Assembly (NCBI GenBank): GCA_019746225.1
Contig: JAIESE010000013.1
Coordinates: forward strand, 42,063 to 106,062
Direction: 5' to 3'
From: Alphaproteobacteria bacterium
GTDB taxonomy: Bacteria > Pseudomonadota > Alphaproteobacteria > Paracaedibacterales > VGCI01
Length of the DNA: 64,000 nucleotides
Positions 36,637 to 47,205 of this stretch are shown one piece after another. The notes under the pieces were generated by a model, which was given only the letters and a program-made list of their open reading frames with translations, was not told the DNA's origin and searched no databases. The stretch's first letter is position 1. The number at the start of each line of letters is the position of its first letter. The translations under genes and the position numbers were made by a program.

Positions 36637-37049
36637 GTATTAGGCTCCTTCCTTCGCAAGGGCTAATGATAGGCGAATATACCTTAAGAAGGTTCAGAAA
36701 TCAATTAACAGAAGATTATTAGGAACAATAATCTCTGCCGAGACTCGTTCAAAAAGATTAGAAAACATTTTCTGTTAGAAATATGGGGGGTCAATAGCGA
36801 TTAAAATGTTCTCTTATGAGAACCTGTTTACACCATATAGCTATATAAAAGGGCTCAAAACTGTCATTGCTTTCAAAAATCTACTTTTTATCGTCATACA
36901 GAGGCTTTGGTTCATGCCCCTGTCTTGGCCCACAAAACCCCCCAAACGGCCATAGAGGGTTAATTATGGAGATCTACGAACTATTGTGCGGGGGGATTAG
37001 CCTTCATTTTTTCTTTCTTATCAATCTTGATAAAGGAGGCATTAAAAAA

Positions 37050-37982
37050 TCATTGTTCTTTTGGGGGGTCAAACATATGCCGAGCATCGTCCCACCATCC
37101 AAGATATTCCTCCAAGAAATCTAGATCCTCTTCTGTTATGTCATCATCAGCTTCCTGAAATCCATCTGCAGGAATCCTCATGATCGCTTCAAGATTGGAT
37201 TGAGCACACTTATTACCCCTATCAGCTAATTCTTTTGTTTTTCGGATACCCTGCTGAAAGTTCTTTTGAGAATTAAAATACCCTTCCCGTAAAGTTGCAA
37301 CCTCCAATTTGAATTCTGCCTCTTGTGATCCTAAAATAGCGGCTTCCTCACAAAGTAATTTTGCAATAGGGATACTCACGGTCATTTTTAGCCCCCAACC
37401 CCCTTGATAAAGCTGACTGAGCTCCAACAAGGCTTTTACATGCCCTTGAGCAGCTGAGCGAAACATAAATTCTTGTGAATTATCTTTACGTAATCTAAAG
37501 GCGACAAGAAACATTTTGTATTGAGCGCCAGCATGTCCCAATGAGGCTGCGTGTTGGAGGTGTGCGTAGTTGCGATTTTGAGCATAGAGGCCTTTTCCAG
37601 CAGCATAAAGAATATTAGCCAAAAGAATAACTTCTGGATCAGTAGATATTTCTTTCAAGGAGTAAGGGTGTAATAGTTCTTGTAAAGATGCGTTTCTAAA
37701 TTGATGAACACGAGGCTTCCATGCTTTATCTCCAAACATGTGTTTTAGGAGGTCCCCAAAATCATTTTGTTTATATGATTCATTAGATCCCATACTATTT
37801 AGAACCAAGTCTTTATTTAGGGAGTCACAACGGCTTACGAGATCTTTCACATATGGCGTAAGGGAAGGGTCTTTTGATAAAATATCAGGCAAAGAATTTT
37901 CAGCGGCAAAAATAGAGTATGAAATTAATAAAGCACTACAGAATTTTAACATAAAGGATAATTTTGTATATTGAGTTTTCAT
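37050..37982 (-). CDS. Secreted Sel1-like repeat protein, paralog of 32441-33331
   Basis: SLR units: AASLGHAGAQYKMFL and SAAQGHVKALLELSQLY. The shared C-terminus is ADDDITEEDLDFLEEYLGWWDD versus ADDETTDADLDFLEQFLGWKDD. The likely start is Met13 at 37982. Confidence 0.85.
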   Translation of the reverse strand: MKTQYTKLSFMLKFCSALLISYSIFAAENSLPDILSKDPSLTPYVKDLVSRCDSLNKDLVLNSMGSNESYKQNDFGDLLKHMFGDKAWKPRVHQFRNASLQELLHPYSLKEISTDPEVILLANILYAAGKGLYAQNRNYAHLQHAASLGHAGAQYKMFLVAFRLRKDNSQEFMFRSAAQGHVKALLELSQLYQGGWGLKMTVSIPIAKLLCEEAAILGSQEAEFKLEVATLREGYFNSQKNFQQGIRKTKELADRGNKCAQSNLEAIMRIPADGFQEADDDITEEDLDFLEEYLGWWDDARHMFDPPKEQ

Positions 37983-38212
37983 TTGTAACCCCTTCTGCGT
38001 GGTATTGAATGAGTGCACGGAATTAGCAGCTCTATATAATCATAACATTCATTTGGAGGCAATGAATATATAGACCCAACGCTGGAACATAGCAGTTGTC
38101 ATTGAATGATCATAATTATTATGAATATGTATTTATTAGATTGTCTGACCTAAAATTTACGGTAGGTAAATTCATATGATCAATTAGTAGCTTTCTTTGT
38201 TAACTCTTGTGC

Positions 38213-38923
38213 TTAATAATCTCTTGGTGTTTTGTCTGTAATACTTGTAAAACGAGCATCTATCTTTATTTGTGGATTCACAGTAATAAATTTCTCACCA
38301 GCATCCGTGATGCCTTTATTCCTAGTTACATCTAAGAATCTAAGGGAAGGCATTTGCACAAGCTGTTCTAATCCCACATTACTCACCTTTGTAACAGCTA
38401 TAGACAATGATTCAAGGCCCTCTATGCCTGTTATATAAGGGATGCAACCATCGCCAATCCTGTTCCCATCTAAATTAACCTTTCTCAATTTCTTGAATCG
38501 TGAAATACCTTCAAGATCGGCGTCAGATAAACCACAACCAGATAAAGAAAGAATTTCTACATCAGGGTTAATAGTTTCTGGAGAAATTGTTAGAGAGGAT
38601 TTCGGTAAAGGGACGAATCCCTCACTTGTTCTATGCCCTACATAAATACCTGTTAAATATATTTGCGTATAATCACTATCCAAGAGTTGTTCTAGCTCAT
38701 GGGCTTGGAAGGGGGTATCTCTTTTAAAAACCTTAGTTTGCCTTGAAACTTTCGATGGAGATGATCTTAAGGGGGATTGATGAGGGAAATTATTATGAAT
38801 AGATGATAGCTTGTTTGGACTTCTTAACGTTGTTATCGGCGATTCGTCTTCAGCAGCATTTATGCATAAGACAGTGCAGACTGTTAAGATAAGAAAGAAA
38901 CAATATATTCTTATTAAGCTCAT
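38213..38923 (-). CDS. Secreted LRR protein
   Basis: LRR region: LSLSGCGLSDADLEGISRFKKLRKVNLDGNRIGDGCIPYITGIEGLESLSIAVTKVSNVGLEQLVQMPSLRFLDVTRN. The likely start at 38923 (MSLIRIYCFF..) follows AAAGGA. Confidence 0.8.
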   Translation of the reverse strand: MSLIRIYCFFLILTVCTVLCINAAEDESPITTLRSPNKLSSIHNNFPHQSPLRSSPSKVSRQTKVFKRDTPFQAHELEQLLDSDYTQIYLTGIYVGHRTSEGFVPLPKSSLTISPETINPDVEILSLSGCGLSDADLEGISRFKKLRKVNLDGNRIGDGCIPYITGIEGLESLSIAVTKVSNVGLEQLVQMPSLRFLDVTRNKGITDAGEKFITVNPQIKIDARFTSITDKTPRDY

Positions 38924-38927
38924 TTTT

Positions 38928-39452
38928 CTAATCCTTTCTAGCTTTCTCGATAGATATCTGTACTGTATCAGCATCTATTTCTGTGGGTTGCTTTTGCGGA
39001 GAAGATGAATTGTGAGGTTTTTTTATTTCTTCTCTATTATAATAATCGCGGCGAAAATAAAGAGATCTTATTGGGTCAAAGAACCACTCATCTGTGACAT
39101 TAGATTTATGCTGCTTTACATGCTTAATAGGTGAGCAAGAGTCTTGTTTATCTTGATCGAACAAAAGAACCGGGGAGAAAGTTTCTTTTGGTTCTTGTTT
39201 GTTAAAACTACCATTTGGCACGTAGCCTTTGTTCCACGCTGCGGTTAGAGCAATATCGGGATTAGGATTTACTGCTGATGAATAAAACCGCCGATGCATT
39301 CGAGTGCCATGAAATGACCGGATAAAGAGTTTCGATGAGCCTATGAAAACTTGTTCTAAACGGTCCACAGCAAATGCTTTTGGAGTTACAACACTTGCCG
39401 TTGCGATTCCTATGAGTCCAAAACAAAATTGAATTTTAAGTTGTTTAATCAC
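38928..39452 (-). CDS. Secreted hypothetical protein (174 aa)
   Basis: It has a GTG start after GGGAGAAA. Signal peptide: MIKQLKIQFCFGLIGIATASVVTPKAFA. Confidence 0.6.
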   Translation of the reverse strand: MIKQLKIQFCFGLIGIATASVVTPKAFAVDRLEQVFIGSSKLFIRSFHGTRMHRRFYSSAVNPNPDIALTAAWNKGYVPNGSFNKQEPKETFSPVLLFDQDKQDSCSPIKHVKQHKSNVTDEWFFDPIRSLYFRRDYYNREEIKKPHNSSSPQKQPTEIDADTVQISIEKARKD

Positions 39453-39571
39453 GCCATTTCTCCCCTAGAATCAGATGTTACTATTTAGTATGCTTATCTT
39501 GAAATCAAAGACCTAGAAAAGCTCCCCTCCCCCAACCAAATTCCATAGTTACTCGGTTAAAAATCCTATTC

Positions 39572-40219
39572 TTAATAAATATATCCTTTAACAGAAGGGT
39601 CTACTAAATAAGGCGTCCTTTGAAGAAACGAATAACATGTATCTAAAACAATTCTTGGATTATTTTTGTATATCGTCATATCCACCTTATTTTGGTAAGG
39701 AGACCTTTTCCTCAGAAATTTTACACATATAGTAAGGTTCTTGTTTGAAGAAAGAAGGCCTTCTAAAATCTGCGACATTTCTTCGCAAGAATGTATATAA
39801 GATATATCTAACACTCGTAAAGAAGAGATTCGGCTAAGTTGGGTTAAGAGAGCCGTATCCATAATGTCTGCTCCGTTAATGTCTAATACCTCAAGATACG
39901 GAGTTTTTTCAGGTAAATCTGGCAATAGCTCTTCAAAATCAAATTTCATTCCTAAAAATCGCAGATCTGGCATTGGTTTTAGAAACAAGGCCAATGGGTT
40001 CTCAAGACCTGTAGCGTATGTCAAATTGAGGCCTACTATCCTCTGTTCAGGATCGCTTATAATTTCTTTAAGTTTACTGTCTCGTGCTCCAGAAGTGCAG
40101 CAAAGGTGATACTTAACTTTATGATCCAGTGCCTCCATATTGGCTGCAAAGCCATTAGAATATATAGAGAACACTATAACAAAAAATATGAATACCGTCC
40201 TCATTGTGCGAGACATCAT
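39572..40219 (-). CDS. Secreted LRR-like protein
   Basis: ATG at 40219 follows AAGGAG. LRR-like segment: LRFLGMKFDFEELLPDLPEKTPYLEVLDINGADIMDTALLTQLSRISSLRVLDISY. Confidence 0.7.
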   Translation of the reverse strand: MMSRTMRTVFIFFVIVFSIYSNGFAANMEALDHKVKYHLCCTSGARDSKLKEIISDPEQRIVGLNLTYATGLENPLALFLKPMPDLRFLGMKFDFEELLPDLPEKTPYLEVLDINGADIMDTALLTQLSRISSLRVLDISYIHSCEEMSQILEGLLSSNKNLTICVKFLRKRSPYQNKVDMTIYKNNPRIVLDTCYSFLQRTPYLVDPSVKGYIY

Positions 40220-40382
40220 TCTTATCTCCTTAAAGCAATAATCTATGAGCATAGAAGTACTTTACGCCTTTTTCTTGTGAAAGCACTTAAAAAACCTCTT
40301 TACTTAAGTTTTAATCGTCGTTTTTACAATAATTTGTTACAGTCAGGGAAACTCGTGTAGAGAGGAGTTAAGGAGAAAGTCA

Positions 40383-40766
40383 ATGAAAATTTCAATATAC
40401 CTTATTTGTGCTACAGTTGTTTTATCTCCTTTATGCCATTCAATGGAAGATTCTGAGACAGAGGGAACGGCTGATGGTGTTCTTCTCACACACCCTAGAG
40501 AAATTAAAAGAGAAAGAGAGCACCTTCCAAACAGCCTCATTACTCATAACAAACAAGTCATTAGCAAAGACATTGCAACATATTCCAATTTGTTGAAAGG
40601 TGTAGAAAATGATAATGGAGCGGCAGGTTTAATGTTAAAATATCATTATAAAATATATATAGAAGGGCTTCAAAGTCTTCTTGCTCAATCTGAAACAATC
40701 ACCGATATCGAGAGTAGGCTGCGTAAATTCAGCTCAGAGAACGGCCTTTTCGCAAGATATTATTGA
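40383..40766 (+). CDS. Secreted hypothetical protein (127 aa)
   Basis: An AAGGAGAAAG RBS and the signal peptide MKISIYLICATVVLSPLCHS are present. Confidence 0.6.
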   Translation: MKISIYLICATVVLSPLCHSMEDSETEGTADGVLLTHPREIKREREHLPNSLITHNKQVISKDIATYSNLLKGVENDNGAAGLMLKYHYKIYIEGLQSLLAQSETITDIESRLRKFSSENGLFARYY

Positions 40767-40818
40767 TTTGACGAATAAATTTAAGAAATATAATAAACCT
40801 ATTAGGGAAAAGCATTTC

Positions 40819-41310
40819 ATGAAATATAAATTATTTTTCGGGTTAATTGTTTCCCTTCAACCTACGTGTATTTCTGCCATGGATAGTTGTTGTGATCATA
40901 AATATCTCGAATCAACTGCTAAAAAATATGCGATATGTTCAGAAAATTCTCAAGAAATTAACCCTAAAGGCATCGTTAAGGATTTGCATTTTTTATCTCC
41001 GGAAGCTGTAAGAAGCGCAAGTTTTTCAAAATATATGCAGGAGAACTCGTTTGAGGTTATAGCAAGGTACGCATACACCCAACATCAGCAAGCTATCGTA
41101 ATGATATTTACGCAAGCATTTCAATTTGTAAAAGCCGACGTTTTATTGAACGCACAATTATGCATGTTATTGGATAAAGTTCTTATAAACCTAAGGCCAT
41201 CTATCAATATTGATCTATCCGCACATCCAGCCCTAAAAAGTTTTGCAGACAGTCCTTCATTTAAATGTCAAAAGATGTTATTGCCATCTTTAGATTGTGG
41301 GCCGTGGTAG
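40819..41310 (+). CDS. Secreted hypothetical protein (163 aa from the internal Met)
   Basis: The listed ORF at 40681 overlaps the previous gene. Met47 begins a signal peptide, MKYKLFFGLIVSLQPTCISA. Confidence 0.55.
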   Translation: MKYKLFFGLIVSLQPTCISAMDSCCDHKYLESTAKKYAICSENSQEINPKGIVKDLHFLSPEAVRSASFSKYMQENSFEVIARYAYTQHQQAIVMIFTQAFQFVKADVLLNAQLCMLLDKVLINLRPSINIDLSAHPALKSFADSPSFKCQKMLLPSLDCGPW

Positions 41311-41486
41311 ATGAGCCTATCATACAATAGCTAAATAACTTACCTCACTGCTTATCAGCTGCCTCTTTTAGCTTAAAGAATTAAAGCAATAGATACTCTG
41401 GACCATTGGGGGGGAATATACGCTCATGATATAGCAAGGCCTCAACGAATAACTTATTGTCGTCAACATTGCAGTTTGAGAGAGCT

Positions 41487-41909
41487 TCAAATCATATACT
41501 TAGATTGTCGTTCCAAGTTGGCTGCTATTCTTGTAATAACCTCTTCAATCTTCGCCGAATCTTTATCTTGTATATATCTAAGGGCTTGAGCATCCATTTT
41601 AAGAAGAAAATCCATTTCTTCTGAAAGACCGCCCATAGCTGCCCCAATCAGATACACCGCAGATTCTCGGAATTTTTCTAATTTAAATAATCTCTGATGT
41701 TCTTCTTCTAAAGCATAAGGATCATTTTCCCGAAAATCATCAAAGTTAACAACTGCTGGGCAAGGTGCTGTTTCAGCTTCATTGAAAAGCATAACTGTAC
41801 CATCCCTTTCTTTGGTAATGACTGTTAGCCCCTCCTCACTCATTTTGTCACAAGCATTTATTTGTATTATTGTTAGAAAACTTAAGACTGTATAGATTTT
41901 GAACATCAT
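41487..41909 (-). CDS. Secreted hypothetical protein (140 aa)
   Basis: A GGAGAAA RBS and the signal peptide MMFKIYTVLSFLTIIQINA are present. Confidence 0.6.
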   Translation of the reverse strand: MMFKIYTVLSFLTIIQINACDKMSEEGLTVITKERDGTVMLFNEAETAPCPAVVNFDDFRENDPYALEEEHQRLFKLEKFRESAVYLIGAAMGGLSEEMDFLLKMDAQALRYIQDKDSAKIEEVITRIAANLERQSKYMI

Positions 41910-42148
41910 TTTCTCCGAGCCTTTTTATATTTTCATCGGCTGCTGAGCAGCTCTCATTCTATCAAATCTGTGTTAAATATATTGCCTTTTTTTCCAACCC
42001 TTAACTCCGGTATTCTTTATAAGCGATTAGTTGTTTTGTCAAGGAGATCACAGGAATACAATCTTAATGCATAACAAGTAAAGGCGCAATTCGGAATTCT
42101 TAGAAAATATAATACGACGTATTGGCGCTAATATACGAACTTTGCAAG

Positions 42149-43780
42149 CTACCTCACTTCCCTCAGAAGCTCGGCTAATGGCTGACGCGTTCCACCCTCA
42201 AGGGGGTTTAAATCCAATTTTTGTTTCCTGTATTCAGCAACAAACCGGGAATACTTTTCTTTCTTCAAACCAGAAAATAAGAGCCTGCTAGTCTCAAGGC
42301 CATAAGCTATTAACACGGAAAGACTTTTCCTAGGATTAGTTTTGAATTTCGCTCGAGCGCGATAAATACTCTTCACATTAATCAAAGGGAGCAATCTGGC
42401 AAGAATTACGAGTTGGTATTCACTTTGATAATTTGCTAATCCTTGGATAAATCCCTGAAAGACTATATTTCTTGCTTCATGAATTTCTCTTAAGAGTTCA
42501 TGGGATACATCTAACAAAACAAGATGCCCATGAACATAGTAATACCGTGTTGCATAAGCTTTAAGAGGTAGATAGGTATCTAAATATACCTGGAGTGTCT
42601 TAACAATTTGTGATGTATCTCTATGATGAATGCTGCTTAATATATTGAACATTTCATTTGGAGTTATCGACGCAGATACTTGATTCAATGGTAAGTATGT
42701 TTCTATATAGCCGAAGAGATAAGACCCAGTACAAGCACCAGAGCTTTGAAGAGTCTCTAAGAAGGCGACAATATCTGGCTTATCAAACACTAGTCTGAAA
42801 AAATAGGCAATAGCTTCGGGTTGTGTGGCTATAAAGTAATTACCGTAAAGGCTATCCCTAAATTTCCCATAAAATATCTTTAGGGCAATTAAGCGTTCTT
42901 CTAAACTCATCATTCCATAATTATCTTGAGGCTGCGCATGTACCTTTTCCCAAACTTTAATAAAATTCCGATGCTTACAAAAATAACGAGTAGTGAGAAA
43001 GGGATCTATTATCTGCAAATGCCTTACTTTCATAAATGTATCGATAAGAAATCCATAATCGGGGATATCGAGCTTTCTCGTTGTGATACCTCTTTCTTTC
43101 ATTAATTCCTTAGTTTTACTTGGCATTTTGCGCTCAGTCGAACTCATCACGAGGCGTTTCACATTAACAAAAATATGGGAGAGAAGTATGCTAGGAACAT
43201 CGGATGATTCCCATCTTTCCTCCACAAACCCCATCTTTTCCAGGTCTCCGACGTACAGCTGATACAAATGCAATTCTTCTATTTGAGTAGCATCAGGGAA
43301 TGGGTTTCTACCGGCCTTTACTTCCCGCCAAGTTGCTGTGCGACAGAAATTAAATGGAAAAGATTTTACAACTCCATAACCAAAATCATGTAAAAACCAG
43401 CATGTTTCTCTCAAGTTAACGATATTCCCTGATTCTCTAGCGATTATTTTTATCAAGTCCTTCGGTAGATCTAAAAATAAACTTCTATTTGGGACGGGAT
43501 CTTCTGGATTCAACTTTTCAGGAAATGCAGTCTTCTGATAATGGTCCAAGCTCATCTCCACAACTTGTGGAAGTTGAGTTGATGAGGTAGCCCCAGATTT
43601 AGAATCATTCGAAGAAATCTCAATAGGTACTGAACCATGGTGGATAACTTTGACAGGAGCAGGACAATAGCTGACAATCGTTCGGGCTTGTGTTTCATGA
43701 ACATTTTCACTCGCATATGTGTCTAATGTGGTCAATCCTATGAAAATTAAACAAACAACTAAATTCCCACGACTGATCAT
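42149..43780 (-). CDS. 543-aa signal-peptide protein with an F-box-like motif
   Basis: FLDLPKDLIKIIARESGNIVNLRETCWFLHDF resembles the F-box core (LPxELLxxIxxxL...L..VC+.W..L). Confidence 0.6.
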   Translation of the reverse strand: MISRGNLVVCLIFIGLTTLDTYASENVHETQARTIVSYCPAPVKVIHHGSVPIEISSNDSKSGATSSTQLPQVVEMSLDHYQKTAFPEKLNPEDPVPNRSLFLDLPKDLIKIIARESGNIVNLRETCWFLHDFGYGVVKSFPFNFCRTATWREVKAGRNPFPDATQIEELHLYQLYVGDLEKMGFVEERWESSDVPSILLSHIFVNVKRLVMSSTERKMPSKTKELMKERGITTRKLDIPDYGFLIDTFMKVRHLQIIDPFLTTRYFCKHRNFIKVWEKVHAQPQDNYGMMSLEERLIALKIFYGKFRDSLYGNYFIATQPEAIAYFFRLVFDKPDIVAFLETLQSSGACTGSYLFGYIETYLPLNQVSASITPNEMFNILSSIHHRDTSQIVKTLQVYLDTYLPLKAYATRYYYVHGHLVLLDVSHELLREIHEARNIVFQGFIQGLANYQSEYQLVILARLLPLINVKSIYRARAKFKTNPRKSLSVLIAYGLETSRLLFSGLKKEKYSRFVAEYRKQKLDLNPLEGGTRQPLAELLREVR

Positions 43781-43962
43781 ATTTTATCCATTCTTATATA
43801 CCATTAAGAATAATGCTGCATTTGAGTTTTACAAATAGTGCAAACTTTTCTGTTATTTTTATATGTAATTTATTTTATAACACAAATTTAAGATTATTAG
43901 TCGTTTGATAGCATGTAAATGGTGTAATCATTTTTTGCATTTTTCTTGAGGGGCTATAGAAC

Positions 43963-44415
43963 CTAATGGCGAGTTTCTTCAAAATTCATCTCATTTTTGT
44001 AAATCATGCCCTTTATTTCAAAAGCCATCAAATCATTGACATTTATGGTATCTCCGAAAAGACACGTTGAATTGTAGGAATTGATAACAAACATCCCCAG
44101 TGGTGTTACTTGAGGTCTTTGTTTTTGGGCAGGTGAGCTATGAGTACGGTCGTTATATGGAAAGAAGACCCCAATCCTCTTCCAAAAGGGTTGAGGATCA
44201 TTCTCTTCACGGTACAGGACTATATCGACAGTTGGATCAGGATGAGGACCAACATATATCAGACGCTTAGGAGTATAAGGTTGCTCTGGATATTTACAAG
44301 CTGGTGGAGAAAGTGTATCCGTGGGGTTTTCTTCCTTTTCAACAGTAAATGCACTCACAGACAGCGCTAACCAAACAATCCAAGTTTTTAAGAGTTTACG
44401 TTCAGTTTTATACAT
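43963..44415 (-). CDS. Secreted hypothetical protein (150 aa)
   Basis: The hydrophobic N-terminus is LLKTWIVWLALSVSAFT. Confidence 0.55.
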   Translation of the reverse strand: MYKTERKLLKTWIVWLALSVSAFTVEKEENPTDTLSPPACKYPEQPYTPKRLIYVGPHPDPTVDIVLYREENDPQPFWKRIGVFFPYNDRTHSSPAQKQRPQVTPLGMFVINSYNSTCLFGDTINVNDLMAFEIKGMIYKNEMNFEETRH

Positions 44416-44545
44416 AGTTCGCCCCCAATATTTGAATTTTTTTCAATAAAACAACATAATTTTAGGGGTGTTTAGAGGGTTAAAATGACCCATTATCAAA
44501 ACACGAACTATCTCCTGCAAAAGGTAAATAAGTGAAATAGAACCC

Positions 44546-44926
44546 TTAATTGTAAAAATTCCCCGCTGGAGAGTGCATTAAAACAAACCACAATAACTCA
44601 GCTTCAGCATCCATAGTTGGATCTCCTTTGGCTTGATTATCTAATTTCATTAGGTCAGCCAACTGATCTATATATTTTTGTATTGTCGACTTAGGGACCT
44701 TGTCCTTTTGTTCTTCAAGCCAATCTAGGTGAGCTTTTGTTTCCAAGATAAAATTTTTGATAACGGTGCTGTTATCTTTAATTATCTCACTTTCCTTGCG
44801 GGCACTTTGCTCTGCAGCTTGGGATGCACTTATAGCTAAAGATATGATAATAATCAAATATTTTAAAAGAATCTTTTCTCTTCCTTTAAGGTTTTTTGCT
44901 ATGATTATATACCAAAATATAGGCAA
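44546..44926 (-). CDS. Small secreted hypothetical protein; start uncertain
   Basis: The signal-like segment KYLIIIISLAISASQA lies internal to the listed TTG-started ORF. Confidence 0.45.
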   Translation of the reverse strand: MPIFWYIIIAKNLKGREKILLKYLIIIISLAISASQAAEQSARKESEIIKDNSTVIKNFILETKAHLDWLEEQKDKVPKSTIQKYIDQLADLMKLDNQAKGDPTMDAEAELLWFVLMHSPAGNFYN

Positions 44927-44998
44927 AGTATTCTACTTATTTCCTCTTCAAAATGTGTTAAACTCCCTTAATAGCATACCCTGCTTAGGAGCCTCACT

Positions 44999-45658
44999 AT
45001 GAAGATTCTTTCAAACCTTTTCTGTTTAAATTTTGTTTTGTTACTCTCTTGTCATTCTGCAGATGACAAGCCTGATACTCTTGAACAATCATTAAGTAGC
45101 CGCTCAAGTCTTAAGGGGCTTAAATCAATAGACTCTATTGCTTCCCCTGAAGAACCAGCGGAAACAGAAAAAAGAAGAAAAGTGGATACAAAGATTGATT
45201 GGGATGACAATGAAATTACCCGAGAAAAGATAGAAGCCCGTCTAGAATATAAGGCACTTATTCTAACAAGTGAACTTCCGAAGGTTCGAGAAGGTCTCAC
45301 AAAAATCATCCCCGATCTAACAACAATAATTCGAGACTTAGCGAAAAGTGATTTCACACGCGCAACAGACTTAAGCGCTACTGCCACTGGTGTAATGGCA
45401 GTGATTTGTTCGACGAACACAATTCTTCGTAATTTAGAGAAAAGAAATTATGCAAACGAGAATTCAATGGTACATGTTGGTTTAGCTATTGCTGCCTCCG
45501 GCGCTTTGAAGAACCAGTTTGATCAGCTCATTGCAGCTTTGGGGGTGTTTGAGGAAGTTAATGGAATCAACCTTAACTTCCTAAAAGCAGCAAGCGCATC
45601 AATCCATGGTATTACAAAAGATATTGCAAACCCCTTACTTTCTGAAGGGGATGAGTAA
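44999..45658 (+). CDS. Secreted hypothetical protein (219 aa)
   Basis: An AGGAG RBS and the signal peptide MKILSNLFCLNFVLLLSCHS are present. Confidence 0.65.
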   Translation: MKILSNLFCLNFVLLLSCHSADDKPDTLEQSLSSRSSLKGLKSIDSIASPEEPAETEKRRKVDTKIDWDDNEITREKIEARLEYKALILTSELPKVREGLTKIIPDLTTIIRDLAKSDFTRATDLSATATGVMAVICSTNTILRNLEKRNYANENSMVHVGLAIAASGALKNQFDQLIAALGVFEEVNGINLNFLKAASASIHGITKDIANPLLSEGDE

Positions 45659-45769
45659 ATGGTCGTCTCTTTTAACATCATCCTATCCCTCAAAAACAAA
45701 GATGACTCAACTGTTTAATATAGAGTACAGCTCAAAGATTGCATGTGAGGAACTTACAGGGAGGAAAAA

Positions 45770-46609
45770 ATGAAAATTTCAAAATGGCTATATGTTTTTT
45801 GCTTTTTAAGCCTAATTTTAACACACTGTCCTTTTTCATACTCAAGTGAATTTGGCCCAGTGGATAGGCAAATAAAACCAAATCTTTTGCTAGGCAATAC
45901 CCAAGCTACCCCTTGCCCTACAAATGTCCCTTATATACCAAAGCTTATTTCACAAGGAATTTTGAGATGGTATAACTCAGACTCCGAACGAGATGAAGTT
46001 GAAATTGAATTTGATTTATCTAATGTTTCAGCCGTATATGCAACTTTGGAAAAGTTAAAAGAAACCCCTTATAGTTTAGGGTTGGTAGAGCAAACGTTTA
46101 GTCAAAATGATCTCCAAGAGCTTATCCCGTTTGCATCTACCTTATTTCGGTTGAACCTCATTGAAACCATGCTAGACAACGACCTATTGAGTAATTTGAC
46201 ATTATTTCCTCATATTCAGCAACTTGATATTTCAGACAACCGATTTGATGATGAGGGGTTGGAACATATTTCTTCTCTATCTCAGCTGCTTAGTTTACGA
46301 ATGGTTTATAATAAAATCACATGTAAGGGTATCAAACACTTAGGTAGCTTAAAAAAGTTACGGTTTTTAGATTTAGGCTGTACATATCTAAAAAACGAAG
46401 GGATAGAGATTTTATCCTCTGTGTGCAACCAACTAACAACCTTAGATGTGAGAGCCTGCAATTTCGATGATACTGCTTTAAGATTTTTTCATAATATGCC
46501 TAATCTTCAGTATTTGAACGTGTCGAGTAATATAGGTTTAACAACAACAGGCATTCAAAATTTCCTTTCTGAAAAGCGAAATGATCTCGTTGTGAAATTC
46601 GATCCATAG
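45770..46609 (+). CDS. Secreted RNI/FBXL-type LRR protein (279 aa)
   Basis: A GGGAGGAAAAA RBS is present. LRR region: IQQLDISDNRFDDEGLEHISSLSQLLSLRMVYNKITCKGIKHLGSLKKLRFLDLGCTYLKNEGIEILSS..LTTLDVRACNFDDTAL..MPNLQYLNVSSN. Confidence 0.85.
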   Translation: MKISKWLYVFCFLSLILTHCPFSYSSEFGPVDRQIKPNLLLGNTQATPCPTNVPYIPKLISQGILRWYNSDSERDEVEIEFDLSNVSAVYATLEKLKETPYSLGLVEQTFSQNDLQELIPFASTLFRLNLIETMLDNDLLSNLTLFPHIQQLDISDNRFDDEGLEHISSLSQLLSLRMVYNKITCKGIKHLGSLKKLRFLDLGCTYLKNEGIEILSSVCNQLTTLDVRACNFDDTALRFFHNMPNLQYLNVSSNIGLTTTGIQNFLSEKRNDLVVKFDP

Positions 46610-46704
46610 CGACCATTTTGTGCCGCTTCAAATGTGAAATTACCTGTTCCTGACGCCTTTTGACAAAAAAGAGGAGCAGTGAGCATATTAAAAGGAGAGA
46701 CAAG

Positions 46705-47205
46705 ATGAAAAATAAAATATTATCTTTTTTATTCATAATTCTAGCCCTAGCAAGGATTGAAGCAGCCGAAATAGTCAACTCTAATAAGGATGGTATACAG
46801 CCCCTATCGTCTGGGTTGCCTAAATCAGGAAATTCATTAAGTAATCAACAAGAGTGGGACAACGGACTGAACGTTCCTTGCACTTGTCCATTCGAACTTC
46901 AAGAAAGGAGTGAAGATTTTTTTGGTAACCGCCAATTTGAAGCTTCTGCACGGTCCACTATTGCTGCTGCTATTCATGGAAATTATGATTATATAGCTTT
47001 TCTATATGATATAGATCCCGAGTCTCACAAATACTTAATTTCTCGAACACCTCAATCACCTGAAGCCTTGACATATTATGGTAAAATTCTTCTCCCCAAA
47101 GTTATTAAACACGGAGAACTTGAATTTATAAAACTACAAAGACATCAAAATATGCCAATTATCTTATATTATGGCCAGACGACACAGGGGAAAATGTTAA
47201 CCTAA
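46705..47205 (+). CDS. Secreted hypothetical protein (166 aa from the internal Met)
   Basis: AAAAGGAGAG precedes ATG at 46705. Signal peptide: MKNKILSFLFIILALARIEA. Confidence 0.65.
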   Translation: MKNKILSFLFIILALARIEAAEIVNSNKDGIQPLSSGLPKSGNSLSNQQEWDNGLNVPCTCPFELQERSEDFFGNRQFEASARSTIAAAIHGNYDYIAFLYDIDPESHKYLISRTPQSPEALTYYGKILLPKVIKHGELEFIKLQRHQNMPIILYYGQTTQGKMLT

